Assembly (NCBI GenBank): GCA_002189035.1
Contig: NEEC01000004.1
Location: forward strand, 496,001-560,000
Length of the DNA: 64,000 bases
Direction of reading: 5' to 3'
Origin: Utricularia gibba
Lineage: Eukaryota; Plantae; Magnoliophyta
Shown here piece by piece: positions 39,336-53,192 of this stretch; positions within the stretch are counted from its first letter, which is position 1; every line of letters starts with the position of its first letter. The translations under genes and the position numbers were made by a program. The notes under the pieces are model-generated. The model was not told where the DNA came from. It made no database searches and was given only the letters and a program-made list of their open reading frames with translations.

Positions 39336-39505
39336 AGATGGAAGTTCCCATTTGATTAAAACCACACTCTGGCGTGCGTCTTTTCTTCCTGTTGGTCTTC
39401 TTAAGATTTTGTGTATTAGAAATGAAAAGGTGTTTAGTGAGGAACGTTTGCTGTAGTGCAGTTTTCTAGTAGTCATCCATCCATCCACAGCAAACCGGAC
39501 CCGGT

Positions 39506-40272
39506 GAGTAAATTGGTGAAATAACTAATATCAGTAAATATTATTGGCAAAGTAATTAAGTTTTTGAAATATATTTACAAAATAACTAACATACATACAC
39601 AATTGTATGTATATATTTATGTATTTGATGGATATATTTCATTACCATTAATTTTGTTTTCATAATAATATCTAAAAATTATTAAAATATGATATTAGAA
39701 TGATAACTATATCAAATGATAACTATGTTAAATGTTTAATTAGAATTCACAAAGAATATAATTTTATAAGATTTATTTATAAGTAAGTATATATTGAAGT
39801 GTTAAATATATGATATTTGATGTTTTATATAAGAAATATTGAATATCTTATTTAGAGCAAGTATAATAATATTTTTTAAATTATGTTTGAAAAAAAATTT
39901 AATGTGATTTTAATAAAATTGAAAAGATAAAATAATAAACACACATTTGGAAGTATTTTTAAAATAAGTATTGTAAATTAATCAATTATTTAAGATAATA
40001 TTTATTTATGTATTTTTCGAATTAATCTTAATTTTTTGGTAAATTTCTAGTTTTTTATACAAATTTATTATTTTTTCATTTTAATTCATTTAAAGCTTAT
40101 AAATGATATTTATAATTAAGTATTTCGAAAAGCAATATAGAATCAATATATTTAGAATGTTAGTTATATTGTAAATGTTTTTGTAAAAATTAGTTACTTT
40201 GCCAATTTGAAACCAAAATCAGTTATTTTGCAAATCTCGTTCTTCCGACACAGTTACTTTTAAAATTTAGCC
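39506..40272. mobile_element. Mutator-like non-autonomous element (MULE-MITE), 767 bp
   Basis: Perfect 10-bp direct repeat CGGACCCGGT at 39496-39505 and 40273-40282. Termini GAGTAAATT... and ...AAATTTAGCC. Internal inverted repeat of about 49 bp (ATTGGCAAAGTAA...ATAACTAACA near 39543-39591 versus its reverse complement near 40157-40205). Very AT-rich, no ORF. Confidence 0.8.
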
Positions 40273-41273
40273 CGGACCCGGTTTAATGAGGAATTGAAAA
40301 CATTATTATTAATTATTATTTTTTTTCCACGGAATTCAGTTGATGCCTTTTTGCGTAAATAGATTTTAAAAAGCGCAATATAAATACCTTAATCGGAATA
40401 TTTTTTAATATTTTAAATAAAAAAAATATAGGCGTGAAAGATACGGGGTGGCAGGCTGTCTGATTTGGAAGGGGGCGGGGGACTGATGGCCACATGATCG
40501 TCTGCATCGACGTGGAAACACATCAGCTGTGTGCAAAATGACAAACTTGGGAGTGGGCCATGACGTTTCGGTGACTGGGCCCCGCCCCCCTCCCATCATT
40601 CATAAGCTGTGCACACAACAATGAGGGAAGAGGGCATGGCACCCGGCGGCCGGCACCGGGTTAGGTCTTCGTTTGGTGGGTTTGAAGTTTGAACGAAGCA
40701 CGCCAGAATCTGTCCGAGAGATTTGGGATTCAACTTTCAAAAGAGGCTTGCGCTTTGTGTTTTGTTTCCTATAAAAACAGGTCTCAAACCAGGAGCAGCT
40801 TGTAGTAGTACACAGGTAGGGGCATGTCCAACTCAGTGGAAGAAAATATCTCCGGGGCGAAAACGATGCTGGCCACAGGATTCAATGGAGTCTACGTGGA
40901 GACCAGGCAGCTTGGTTTGGCGTTGGCTAAGACCGGATAAAATGGTCGAATTGCAAATGGTGGTGGGCGTCCACTCCCACGTCGACACCTGGGGTGATTA
41001 GCGCTTTACCAGTCCCACACGATGGTGGAGGTAGGGAGGGGTGGAGAAGGACTAATTCGCCATTAGTGAGCAACATGTTGACAACGTTGGGATCCGACGT
41101 GGCTGCGTTATCCGAAGTTGATGCGTCGGCCGTCGTCTTGGGCCCCCTCTCAACCGTCGGATCGCATCTCGATACTAGCAACAGGATGCCGCAGCTGGAG
41201 GGGTGGAGCAGAGCTCGTGAATTCTGATTTCTGTGCCCTACCACGATGCTTGTTTTCTTGCGAGCTCTCCCAC

Positions 41274-41282
41274 CTATAAATA
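41274..41282 (+). promoter_or_regulatory. TATA box for the short RFS6-like transcript, embedded in an upstream in-frame ORF
   Basis: CTATAAATA followed by a pyrimidine-rich leader and a GT donor at 41399. Confidence 0.65.
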
Positions 41283-41605
41283 CCCCTCTTCTCCAGGCTT
41301 CCAATGCACAACCATTTCGTTTCATTTCTTTATTGGATCACAGAAATCTCTCTGTTTATCTTTCGTTTTTTCCTACTAGACGTCTTTTTGCCTACGAGGT
41401 GCGTTTTTTTTTATTTTTGTTTCTTTTACTCGCTTTTCTGGTATGCATGCGGAGTTTCTGTGGTGGGATTCGCCTAATGATGACAGAATGCTAGCTTTAC
41501 TGGTTTTGAGGGGAGGTTATGTTCTGGGTCTTGTTTCATAATGGCGGGTTTATACTGGATTTGCAGGAACGAGAAGTTGAGTCCAGTTTCTGGAAAGAAC
41601 AATCG

Positions 41606-44098
41606 ATGACGATCAAGCCGGCAGTTCGGATTGCGGAGAAGAAGCTCGTGGTGAAGGACAAGACGGTACTCACCAATGTTCCGGATAATGTGATCGCGGC
41701 TTCCGGCACCGCGGAGGGGCCTATTGAAGGGGTGTTTCTGGGGGCAGTTTTCGATAAAGACAGCAGCAGCCACGTTGTTCCTTTGGGAGATCTCACAGGT
41801 GTGAGGTTTCTAGCTTGTTTCAGGTTTAAATTATGGTGGATGGCTCAGAAAATGGGGACTAAAGGGCGAGATATACCGCTTGAAACGCAATTTCTTCTGG
41901 TGGAAACCAGACAAGGATCTCCTCTAGAAACCGAGGTTGATGAGGAGGATAGCAAGACTGTTTACACCGTCTTTTTGCCTCTGATCGAAGGCCCTTTCAA
42001 AGCCTGTCTACAAGGAAACGAAAGGGATGAGCTTGAATTGTGCATCGAAAGTGGAGACGCTGATATAAAGGCTTCCTCATTTACGCACGCCGTGTACATC
42101 AGCGCTGGAAACGATCCCTTCTCCACGATTCATGAGGCAATGAAGGCCGTGAAATTGCATCTCGGGACTTTCAGGCTGAGGACAGACAAGAAACTTCCAG
42201 GGATCGTTGATTGTTTCGGGTGGTGCACATGGGATGCTTTCTACCAGGAGGTGTCTCAAGAAGGAGTAGAGGCTGGTCTCGAGAGTCTTAAAGCAGGAAG
42301 AACACCACCCAAGTTTGTCATCATCGACGATGGCTGGCAGTCAGTTGGATCAGATGAAAAGCAAGAGAAAAAGCAGCAGAATGGAGTAGTTGATCAGCCA
42401 TCCTTATTGAGGTTGACAGGGATCAAGGAGAATTCTAAATTTCAAAAGAAAGAAGACCCCTCTCTGGGTATCAAGAACATCGCAAACATTGCTAAAGCGA
42501 AGTATGGATTGAAGTATGTGTACGTGTGGCATGCGATCACCGGTTACTGGGGTGGAGTAAGGCCGGGAGTGAAGGAGATGGAGGATTATGGTTCCGCTAT
42601 GCAGTATCCCCAGATTCCAAATGGGGTGATGGCAAATGAACCCGGGTGGAAAACAGATGCTATAGCTTTGCAAGGATTGGGGCTAGTGAACCCGAAGAAT
42701 GTTTACAAGTTCTACAACGAGTTGCACAGCTATTTGGCTTCTGCTGGTATTGATGGTGTGAAGGTTGATGTACAGTGCATATTGGAAACTCTTGGAGCTG
42801 GTCTTGGCGGCAGAGTTGCTTTAACAAGACAGTATCATCATGCTCTTGACGCCTCTGTTGCCAGAAATTTCCCTGACAATGGCTGCATCGCCTGCATGAG
42901 CCACAACCTCGAGTCACTCTACTGGTAACTCATCAAACTTGGTCATTTTTCTGTGCAGCTTTCCATGATTATTGTGCTCCATTTATTGATTTGAGTTTTG
43001 AATGAAACAGCTCAAAACAAACTGGGATCGTAAGGGCGTCTGATGATTTCTATCCAAGAGATCCCACATCCCACACCATCCATATTGCTGCTGTTTCATA
43101 CAACAGCGTTTTCCTTGGAGAAATAATGCTGCCTGACTGGGATATGTTCCATTCTCTCCATCCTGCGGCAGAGTACCATGCTTCCGCCAGAGCTATCAGC
43201 GGTGGGCCTGTTTACGTTAGGTAAGAAATCCTGACAACACCATTGAGTGTATTAGACTGCAGCAGCTAACTGAATATTGGATTCCCTGCAACAGTGATGC
43301 CCCTGGGAAACACAACTTTGATCTCTTAAAGAAGCTAGTTCTCCCTGATGGCTCGATTCTCCGAGCTCGTCTTCCGGGCCGACCAACTAAGGATTGCCTC
43401 TTCTCTGATCCAGCCAGAGATGGTGTTAGGTGAGCACTGTGAAAGATGCTGCAACTGAATGCAAGGATGATGCTAACTCCATTTTCTTCCGTAGTTTATT
43501 GAAGATATGGAACATGAACAAGCACACTGGCGTCCTAGCCGTCTACAACTGCCAAGGGGCGGCATGGAACAGCGTCGAGAGGAGGAACACATTCCATCAA
43601 ACCAAATCCGATGCAATAACCGGCCACATCAGAGGCTGTGATGTGCATCTTATTGCAGAGGCTGCTCCCGGGAACAACTGGGACGGGAGTGTTGCACTCT
43701 ACTCCCACAGAAGCAGTGAAATCATCACACTTCCCGACAACGCCGTCATCCCAATCTCCCTCAAGGTGTTGGAGCATGAAATTTTCACCGTCACACCGAT
43801 CAAGGTACTAGCACCAGGTGTCAGCTTCGCCCCCTTTGGCCTCATCGAGATGTTCAATGCCGGTGGCGCGGTCGAGGATCTTCAATACGGCAGAACAGAG
43901 GACAGGGGAGTTGTTTCACTGCAAGTGAAGGGGTGCGGCCTGTTCGGTGCATACTCGTCTGTTAAACCAAGAAAGTGCACGTTGGGAGGCGAAGCGGTGG
44001 AGTTTCAGTATGACGCAGCTTCTGGTTTGGTGACATTGAACTTGGCGGAGATGCCCAGTGAGGATCAGAAATTTCACAGTGTTGAGATTTGTTTATGA
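41606..44098 (+). CDS. RFS6: Seed-imbibition protein / alkaline alpha-galactosidase-raffinose synthase family (GH36), RFS6/DIN10-like, 4 core coding exons
   Basis: [82 protein letters not shown] and [14 protein letters not shown]. Introns 42925-43010, 43221-43294 and 43430-43494. Possible 64-aa N-terminal extension from 41246. Confidence 0.92.
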
Positions 44099-44534
44099 AT
44101 CTATAGGTTTATGGCAAGGTTATGATCAAGAAGCAAGGATTAGGGAATGAGTAGAGAAGCTTCCTTTGCATCCACAAAATGTGTACTGCAACTGCATATT
44201 TCTGTCTCCGTTGGGGGAGGAAACGGGTTGTACGGTACATGAAAGTGTACGGAGAGCGGCATTATTATATTTATTTATTCGATTCGATTGCCAACAGTTT
44301 TTTTAATTAAAAAACGCTAATTATATTTTTTTGTAATTTTTTATAATCAAAATGTTGGGGTCCATCTTCTAATTTATAATATTAGAAGATTTTAAAATAT
44401 GTTGGAAAAAAAAATACTTGTTTTAATTTGGAAGTAGTGGATCTAGTGACGGTCCGAAGTGGTTCTTTCCGGTTCAAGAACTGGAGGTGCGGAGTGTAAA
44501 TATTTTTTTCCCCCATTTTCTACTCCTGTTATCC

Positions 44535-44550
44535 CTCTCTCTCTCTCTCT
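44535..44550. repeat. (CT)8 microsatellite in the CNOT10 5' region
   Basis: Read directly. Confidence 0.85.
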
Positions 44551-44789
44551 AAATCGGCGTTGTGGATTGGTATTGAGCGCCGCTTCAGTACCATTGAACT
44601 CATATTAGGCCTCCTCTGCTTTCTGTACTTGCGTCTTTAGGTTTCAAGAAATGGTTCGTGGACGATGATGGGCATGTGTTGTTCAATTCAAGGAACTGGA
44701 GATTTGTTCGAGAGTTTAAGTGTTGAGTGGCAGAGATTTCGTGGGCAGAGCTGAAGGGGTTCTTTTCTGGCTGACTGATCTGGACACCG

Positions 44790-47700
44790 ATGAATTCAGC
44801 GTCTTCAGCATTGTCACTCGCTTCCAAGGATGGGCCGCCTGCGGTTGCTGCAACCATCGAGGATGACGGTTCTTTATCCGTTGCCGCCGAACTGGCTAAG
44901 GAGGCTGCTTTGCTCTTTCAATCTGGAAAATACGTGGATTCTCTAAGAGTTTTGAATCAGTTATTACAGCATAAAGAAGATGATCCAAAGGTAATTGTGG
45001 GTTATGCATAGGGTTTTTAAGCTGTCTAAACGTATTTAATGAGTGAGTATGTAGGTCCATTAAAACGTATTTAATGAGTTTGGGTAATTGCATTTCTGGC
45101 TAGTCTGATAAGCACCTGCCACTTTTTTCTGTTTATAATGTAGGTCCATCATAACATTGTGCTAGCTGAAAACTTTCAAGATAGTTGTTCAAATCCAAAG
45201 AAGCTGATTGAAGCACTGGAGAAGATCAAGGTTTGCATTTAGCATTGCTTCTCATTCATTGGTGTCATCACACAGCTCACTCACTGTTTAGAAGATTTAG
45301 AAGACCCCCCTCTCCCCAGGATTGCCTGTCAGTGAATTTCTGGGTTATAAAGACCTATCCTGCTATCTCTTGTCGTTTACATCAATACTCACAAGTAGAA
45401 AACATGTTTTCTCGCTTTTTGAGTGATAATTAGAGTGTGCATCAGATTTTTCATTTAATCATCATCATTTTTTAATTCTAGAGAAGGACTGATGAGCTTG
45501 TTACTACACGTGGAGGGGACATGGATGTTGGTGGCGATGATGGAAAAATGCCTATACATCATACCAAGGGAACTATAAAGTTTCAGATCAGAATCTTCTT
45601 CAATCACCCGTATATAGCAGTGGGACTGATACTGTCGTAATGTTCAACATTGTATGTGTTTCTTCCCATGGTTATTTGCCTTATTCTCTGAGTCAGGGTT
45701 TTAATGTTTTGTGGATGAGTTCCATTTTCAGGCTGTTACATGGTTTCATCTTCATGAGTATTCAAAATCCTTCTTATTTTTGGATGCATTGTATCAAAAC
45801 ATCGAACCTGTAGATGAGGTACTTTATGGTTAATTTTAATGTCAAGAGTTGTGGATATGTGTTCGGTATCCCTTGCCTGAATTTCTCATGGTACAGGGAA
45901 CAGCACTTCGGATATGCCTTTTGCTGCTGGATGTTGCATTAATTTGTCAAAATGCATCGAGATGTGCTGTAAGTTGCAAGTCTTGTGGCATCGATGGACT
46001 TTTTTTTTTTTTTTTTGATGAATTTACTTTGAAAAATGTAACCAAAAGGAGAATGATTCATGGTGATTTAAGCAAAAGCATTTAAGGGGTATTTGTTAGA
46101 TTTTTCAAGATTTTTCAGATTTCAACTGCTCATGAATGGAGATTTGTTTATATGGAAAACATAAAAAATCCAACTCTTGTCTCACATTTGCAATTCTATT
46201 CCTTAGGGAGAAAGAGGAACTCAGGTTTGATTTTTTATTCGTATGTGATGGGTATGTGGAGACAAATAGTTAAATTTCACAGTGGAAATCTTGGATGTGG
46301 TGTGACTGGATGTTCAGCGATGCCTTTTACTCGGATAATTCATGTCATGGCGAGGAACTAGATGTTTTTTTATACACATAAAACAAGCAATTTTGATTCC
46401 TTTTCTGTTTATTCTATTTTATATTCCCTAATGGTTAAATGGAGTTTGATAACACAACATTGAGGACACTTTTATTAATTGCCATACTTGAGAACTGCCT
46501 CTTCTTTAATATAAATTTTTAGATTTATGTTGTCTGGAGGTTATTTATTTGAGTGCTTTTTGTCTCAGGATGTACTTACTTACATGGAGAAGGCGTTTTG
46601 TATCATTAGTTTCTCAAATCAGGGCGATAATGGTTCCTTGGCGCAGCAATCTTATTTAATCCCAAATCCTTCTTCAGTAACAAATCCTGGACCTATTCCT
46701 GATTCATCGCACTCTGATCGAGTTCTTTCTTCAAGCTCTTTAGAAAATTCTTTAAGCAGGAGTTTATTGGAGGAAGAGCTTGAAGATGAACCTTTGCAGT
46801 TACCATCTTCACTCGACATTAGCATGAAGAACCTTCAAGGGCGCTCCATAATTTCATCTTGTAATGGTCCCACGAGAAACCAAGCTGAGGAGTCCTCATC
46901 GGTCAATGATATGAGGCTCAGATTGCATCTTTACAAGGTTCGCCTATTCCTTCTTACTAGAAACCTTAGAGCAGCCAAGCGTGAAGTCAAGATGGCAATG
47001 AATTTAGCTCGGGGACGGATGATCCTCTAGCTTTTTATTTGAAATCAGAGCTTGAGTTTGCTCGCAAGAACTATCGTAAGGCAATCAAACTTCTTATGGC
47101 ATCGATGAAAACCACGGATCTTGGAATCTTAAGCATGTACTACAATGATCTTGGATGCATCTATCACCAACTCGGAAAATATCACTTGTCAGGCATATTT
47201 TTCTCCAAGGCCTTGAGGAACAGCTCACATCTCAGGAAGGAAAGACCCCAAAAGCTCATGGTAATGTCTAAGGACAAAACTCTTCTAATATCTTATAATT
47301 GTGGTCTGCATTCTTTGGCATGTGGTAGACCTGACCATGCTGTTCGCTGCTTCCAAAAAGCCATTGTAGTTTTTTACAACAGACCTCTTTTGTGGCTAAG
47401 AATTGCTGAATGCTGTCTGATGGCCCTAAAGAAAGGCTTTGTTACACCGAACTCCTTTTCTAATGAAACATCGATTGACGTGTTTGCTGTTGGAAAAGGA
47501 AAATGGAGACAGCTTGCTCTTATGACTGGGATTACATCAAATGGCCAGCCTGGGAATGTTGAAAAGAGTGGTTCATTTCACAGGGGTGTAAAACAGCCCG
47601 ATCTATCACTGCCTTGTGCCCGCCGCTGTCTTTTTAATGCTTTGTTTTTGTTAGAGTCTTCTGAGGCAAAATTTTCAAGATCTGCAAATTCTGAACTGCA

Positions 47701-48484
47701 AGAAGCATTCTTACCACAGGGTACTGACCTCAGCAAAGCCATTGGTGATGACCTTAAGGAGCTGACTTTGGAATCTGTTCCACGCCAAAGCAATTCAAAT
47801 GGGGAGGTGAAAGAACAAAAGGCAACCAACCAGGTCGCATCCTTTCAGAAGTCGATCTCTGACTATGAATATATTCGTTTGAAGGAGATCCAGTTAATGA
47901 AGCAACCCGTGCTTGCTGATTTGGCTTATGTAGAGCTGGCATTGGGAAATCCGTTGGAGGCATTTTTAAGAGCGAAATCTTTATTGGAACTTCCAGAGCG
48001 CTCAAAAATATACATATTTTTGGGAAGCGTGTACGCAGCTGAAGCTCTGTGCCTTTTAAATAGGCCAACTGAGGCGGCCAACTATCTGATGTCATATATA
48101 TCTGACGAGAATAATGTTGAACTTCCATACACTCGAGAAGACTGTGAAAAGTGGATGTTGGAGAAGTTTGCTGGCAGTGAAGATTCAAATGACTTGGAAT
48201 CATCTTCAAATCCTGCAACCTCAGTGAATGAAGTACACGAGACTTGGTTTCCCAGTCCAGAAGAGGCACGTGGAATCTTCTGTGCAAATTACGCCATCAA
48301 CATTGCCTTTCTGGGTGACCTTGAGCGTGCCCATGTTCTAGCAATGAAGGCACTCGCAGATATGCCTAACAACCCACGAGTCATTGTTACAGCCATCTAT
48401 TTGGATCTCAAGTGTGGTAAGATACAGGATGCTCTCATGAAGTTGAAACAGCATGGAGCGATCAGGTTGCTTCGAATCAACTAA
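44790..48484 (+). CDS. CNOT10: CCR4-NOT complex subunit 10 homolog (TPR-like)
   Basis: DDGSLSVAAELAKEAALLFQSGK..KEDDPK, AVTWFHLHEY, LHLYKVRLFLLTRNLRAAKREVKMAMN, KSELEFARKNYRKAIKLL, FYNRPLLWLRIAECCL and LADLAYVELALGNP. Two -1 frameshifts (about 45577 and 47017). Confidence 0.88.
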
Positions 48485-50047
48485 TTCTAGACTTTGGAGC
48501 AGCTGTGCCCCTTTCCAATGACTCATCCGCCCCCTCGGCTGTTGCTGCTGGGAGCTACTCCATTGACTTGTTAGAATCGGTAGATCCAGAATCCCCTTGA
48601 AAGAGGATTTGTGCCATTATAGATAGTTGGGCTCGGAGAATAAGCTTTTGCTCGATTTAGTTCTGATTGCTTCGTTTCCAGTAGGTTTAAGATGATGATG
48701 TAGTCTCCTTTGCAGATCAAAAAAAGATGTAGTCTTGGTTCATAGAGATATGAATGATTTTAGTTGCAGAGTTGCTTCCTTCTTCAACTCAGTGAAGGTG
48801 GAGGAGGACAAGACCAGGCATTCTTGTGTTGTGTAGTTGCTGAAGCCAAGCCTTTTGCCTTAAAGCTACTACTCATTTTTTGCATCAAAATGAACCACAT
48901 AGGAACAGCTGCCATTTACAGGGGATTCAATGTAAGATCGCGACTGCGTGGGGCCCAAATTATGATGACGTGGACGCGGAGCACGACGGGTGTCGACGTA
49001 AATTGTTGACGTTGTCCGAAGTCGTAGGTTGCGGTTGTTATGCCCAAACAGCTTTGCTCTTAAATGCAATTTTTTACCGTACTTATATAACTAATTAACG
49101 TGCTGGTTTTCACTTTTAGCAGTTGGTGTGTCAATAATTATTATGTAATAAAATAATAATAATAATTAATATGTGTTTTTAAAAAAGATATATAATATAT
49201 AATTGTTATTGAGTTACAGAGCCCATCTGGTATAGCTTTTTGGGTTTGGGGGCTCTGCTGGGGTCGTCGTCCTTTGAAACCGATGCTTTTGGTGTTGTGC
49301 ATTTAACCATTTCCATTCCACCCATGTTTTTGTTGGAATAACGATACAGTTGTTGAAATCCGCCGATTGCTTTGCCTCTTTTGGAACATCGTTGGGATTC
49401 CGACGCCGGCGGATCGGATTGGGATAGGTAATACCTCTGTTTGTTTTGTGTCGATTTTTCGTACTCGGGTTCTGGATTCACTTGTGATGTGGATGCAGCT
49501 GGTTTATCAGGGGTTCTCATTTGTGCCCTTCTAAGAAAATTTATTTTTTCGTGACGCTGTGTGAGGAAAGAAGAATCGAATGTTGTTTGTGACGTGGGGT
49601 TCGGGTTACGAATCGGGAGTGAGCCGTGTTCTAGGTGTGGAGGGATTTTTCTCATATGTTGTCTTTTGGGTTCGTTTTGGCACTTTAAGATTTTTACTCT
49701 TTTTGTCCCCATTTTTTCTTGTTATTCCATTTTGTTGGTGTGATCGACGGGATGAGCTGATGTGCTCCAGGGTTATGTAGTTGAATTGTCTGAAACCTTA
49801 CTGTGTAGGTTTAACGTTATCAACAAGTAATTCGTTGCTAGTAACTTAAGCAATAACAGGAACGCTTCCTGATTATCATTCTGCGTATTAGCTGGACTTC
49901 CTTATTTTTTGTGTGAGTCAAACTCATTGCAACAAGGAAATTACAAATGTTTAATGCCATTTGCAAGGGCGTAGTGCATCAGCCCTGGTAATTTGTTCAG
50001 TTTCTGTGTGTTTATATATTGCTGAGTCGTCATGTGTTCACAGAAGA

Positions 50048-52009
50048 ATGTCTGTAGAATCCAAGGAGGCCGTGGAGTCAATGAAATCTACAAATGATGA
50101 GCCCAAGAAATCTAAGAAGAAAGGAGTGTTGTCGAGATTGTGGAATGCAATATTTAGATCAAGAGGGGATGATTTTGAAAAGAGGTTGGAGCATATATCA
50201 AAGGAGGAGCGTGCTGCTCTTAAAAGATTGGAAAACCGCAGGCAGCTTTTGCACAAAATGACTAGACATTTCTTCTTTTGTGTTTTGCTCCTTGAGGTCA
50301 ACAAATTTTCTTTTCTTACTCTTGTTCAGATGATTGTACATCAGTGGATTTGCATGCTGTTTCTAAAACCTGTCCAAGTTTGGGTGCTGTTTTTCTATAC
50401 TTATTTTGACACACGTAACTTTTCAATAGAATTTGTCTTGTGTAACATCCTGGCATGCGTTAAGGAATATGAAGATGCATATTGCACATCTTTATGCCTC
50501 GAAAGAATAGATGGGCGTTGGTAATTGTATAAATTGTTCATGAACACTTTAATATTTATCCTGATAAGATTTTTAGTTTGACGATGAAGTACTGTTGTTT
50601 TCTTTCCAGATAATTGCAGTCTCTTATGCCATCGTGACCACAAGATCAGAAGCTTTAAACTGGAAGACTAGAGCATCATGTGTCCTACCTATGTTTCTCC
50701 TGCCGCCAGGATCTTTTATGGTGTATTCCTTCATCAAATGGGTTTTTAGGATACGTAAGTATTTTCTGATTATAAGTGTGTTTATTTGCACCATCCTGCC
50801 CATCACCTTACTTTATTATTGATAATTATCATGGAACTCCTCAGCATTGGGGACTGCCGATGGTTCCATGGAAGTGAATGGGATGCAGATTACCTATGTC
50901 GTCTGTTTTCTTAGTCTTAGGAGCACTAAGGTCTCGTATATGATTTTTCTGGTCCTTTCTAGCATGTGTTCTTGAGCTTTGATGCATTTGAAAACATATC
51001 ATCATTCAGTGTCAACAAAAGGACAAAAATCGATGGGATTTTATTTTGATATGCAGTAGATCAGAAGGACCAAAAGACCGTAGAAAGACTACGTGCAGAG
51101 AGGAGAGCGAAAATCGATGAACTTAAGGAAAAAACAAATTACTATTCAACTCAACAACTGATACAGGTGTTGATTACTTCCTTGTATGTTCTTCGTTTAG
51201 TTGATGCAAATCTTATTAGATATTCATATTGAACCCTTATCACAGAGGTACGACCCTGATCCAGCAGCCAAGGCAGCAGCTGCAACTGTGCTAGCATCCA
51301 AACTTGGTGTCGAATCTGGTTTGAAAGTGCAGTTGACAGAAAATGTGGATCCAAATCCCGCTTCTGGAAAGAGCAATGATGTGGAAGTTTCCAGGACTGG
51401 TGGTCTAAGGCACAGAAAGCAGCCCCTCTCGAGAAGTGCTAGTTTGGACAGTGGATCTGCGGTTGTCGAGGCAAACCTTGGTGGAAATGGATTTAACGGT
51501 GCAGAAGGTTCTCAACAAAATCCATTGGTTGTTGAGCACCATCCTCAAACTAGTTCTACCTCAAATAATGGTGGTTGGCTTGCTCAACTTGCTGCATTGC
51601 TTGTTGGAGAGGATCCCACCCAGTCCTATGCACTCATTTGTGGGAACTGTCGTATGCACAATGGTTAGTGTCTTGCGATCGAGAGCTCTAGTTAGGCCAT
51701 AATGGTGATCACGCAGGATTTAACTTACCTTGCATCTCATTTTCAGGTTTAGCAAGGAAAGAAGATTTCCCATACATCACCTACTACTGCCCGCATTGCC
51801 GAGCCCTGAACAGACCAAACGATGCAGATGAAACCCAAATCCCAGCATCAGCCTCTTCTCCCTTGTCAGCCTCTTTACCAGGAGTGGAGGTTGTTGGAGA
51901 AACAGAAGAAACAGTATCATCGACAGATAAACACTCAGGACCTCCTGATCCTGCTCCAGCTCCTGCAACTGCGCCTGCTCCTCCTAACCTTGTCTTGGGC
52001 AGTTCATGA
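50048..52009 (+). CDS. LNP: Lunapark (ER three-way junction protein) homolog
   Basis: KKKGVLSRLWNAIF..DDFEKRLEHISKEE, two hydrophobic segments, KIDELKEKTNYYSTQQLIQRYD, LLVGEDPTQSYALICGNCRMHNGL..YYCPHCRALN zinc finger. Stop TGA at 52007-52009. Confidence 0.92.
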
Positions 52010-53192
52010 AGCTCAGGTACGCACACATGCGAATCAACCGATGAAATGATCTTTCGTCTGGTAGTCTGAGAGACTGGTTGCCGCCTCTCTTTTATGATCC
52101 CATGCAACTGAATTGAAGAGGATGAATGGTTTTGAAGGATGTTATAACAAAAAAAGAAGAGTTCATAGGATTGTTCTTGTGCCATGTACAATTCTCATGT
52201 TTCAAAACCAGTATGAGCTTGATAACTTTATGTTGCACCATTCGATAAATATACAATCTTCACCTCTGATTCAACTCGTAGGTGCACAGCAGAAGTCTGG
52301 TATGACAAAGCCACAGTATTTGTAATCACCCGGTGTATATGAACAATGGGCAGCAGTTGAACCATATTTCTTTACCGTGCAGGACAGATTTCCACGCACA
52401 GCCATGCATACAAATGAATCAGACAACTGAAAAAAACACAAACTTGTGGTAAAGAATAAAAATCGTATCTTGATTTCCAGTTTCTGTGTCACTCTGTGTG
52501 CCAAAAGTCGCTCCGGCCACATGTTTTTTATTTGTTCGATGACAAAGTAACTCGGCGTGACTCCTGCTGCCCAATAAACCATCTACTTAGACAGTTAGAT
52601 TGGTTTGAATCTGGTTCACACATTCTGAGACTGAGACTTAGCATGGAACCCCCTGTTCACAAACCGTGTCTTGGACTTAAACACAGAGGCTAACAGGGAA
52701 TAGCTACATCTTCCATGACTAACAAATTCGTGAATATGAATACAAAAAAAAAAAAAAACATCTGAGTAGGTAACATCTACATCTAGTAGTCACGGGGGGT
52801 AAGATTCTCTTGCAAAAGATGACAACACTGTCTGTTTTACACTGTGTGTCATACAAATACTTGTATTTCAATCCTCACCCTCATCGGAAAAGAAGAGGGT
52901 TAAGCGTTCATACTCAAGTATAGTCATTAGATTAATATTTCGTTACTCAAGACTGGTGTGCTCCTTGCATTGTTTTATGGTGGATGTGTATGCATGGACA
53001 GTTAGTTCTGGAACTCTGATACAGAACAGCACTGGTTATGTAGGTTTGAAGCTCGAACCAATGAAAAACGCACAAGTGCAGGAAGATCAACTGAGAAGAG
53101 GGACAACAATTAGAGAGAGGGAATTAGATAAAGCAACAAGAAAATGTCATGAGCATCCCATCCTTCTTGTATCTGAGACAAATACACGAGGA

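Noticed and set aside
49206-49712. 168-aa minus-strand ORF upstream of Lunapark
   Set aside because: It is antisense to the probable LNP 5' UTR exon and intron (GT donor near 49429) and has no recognisable domain.
52271-52582. 103-aa minus-strand Cys-rich ORF between LNP and HyPRP
   Set aside because: No recognisable family, signal peptide or consistent Cys spacing. It could be a gene remnant but cannot be supported.
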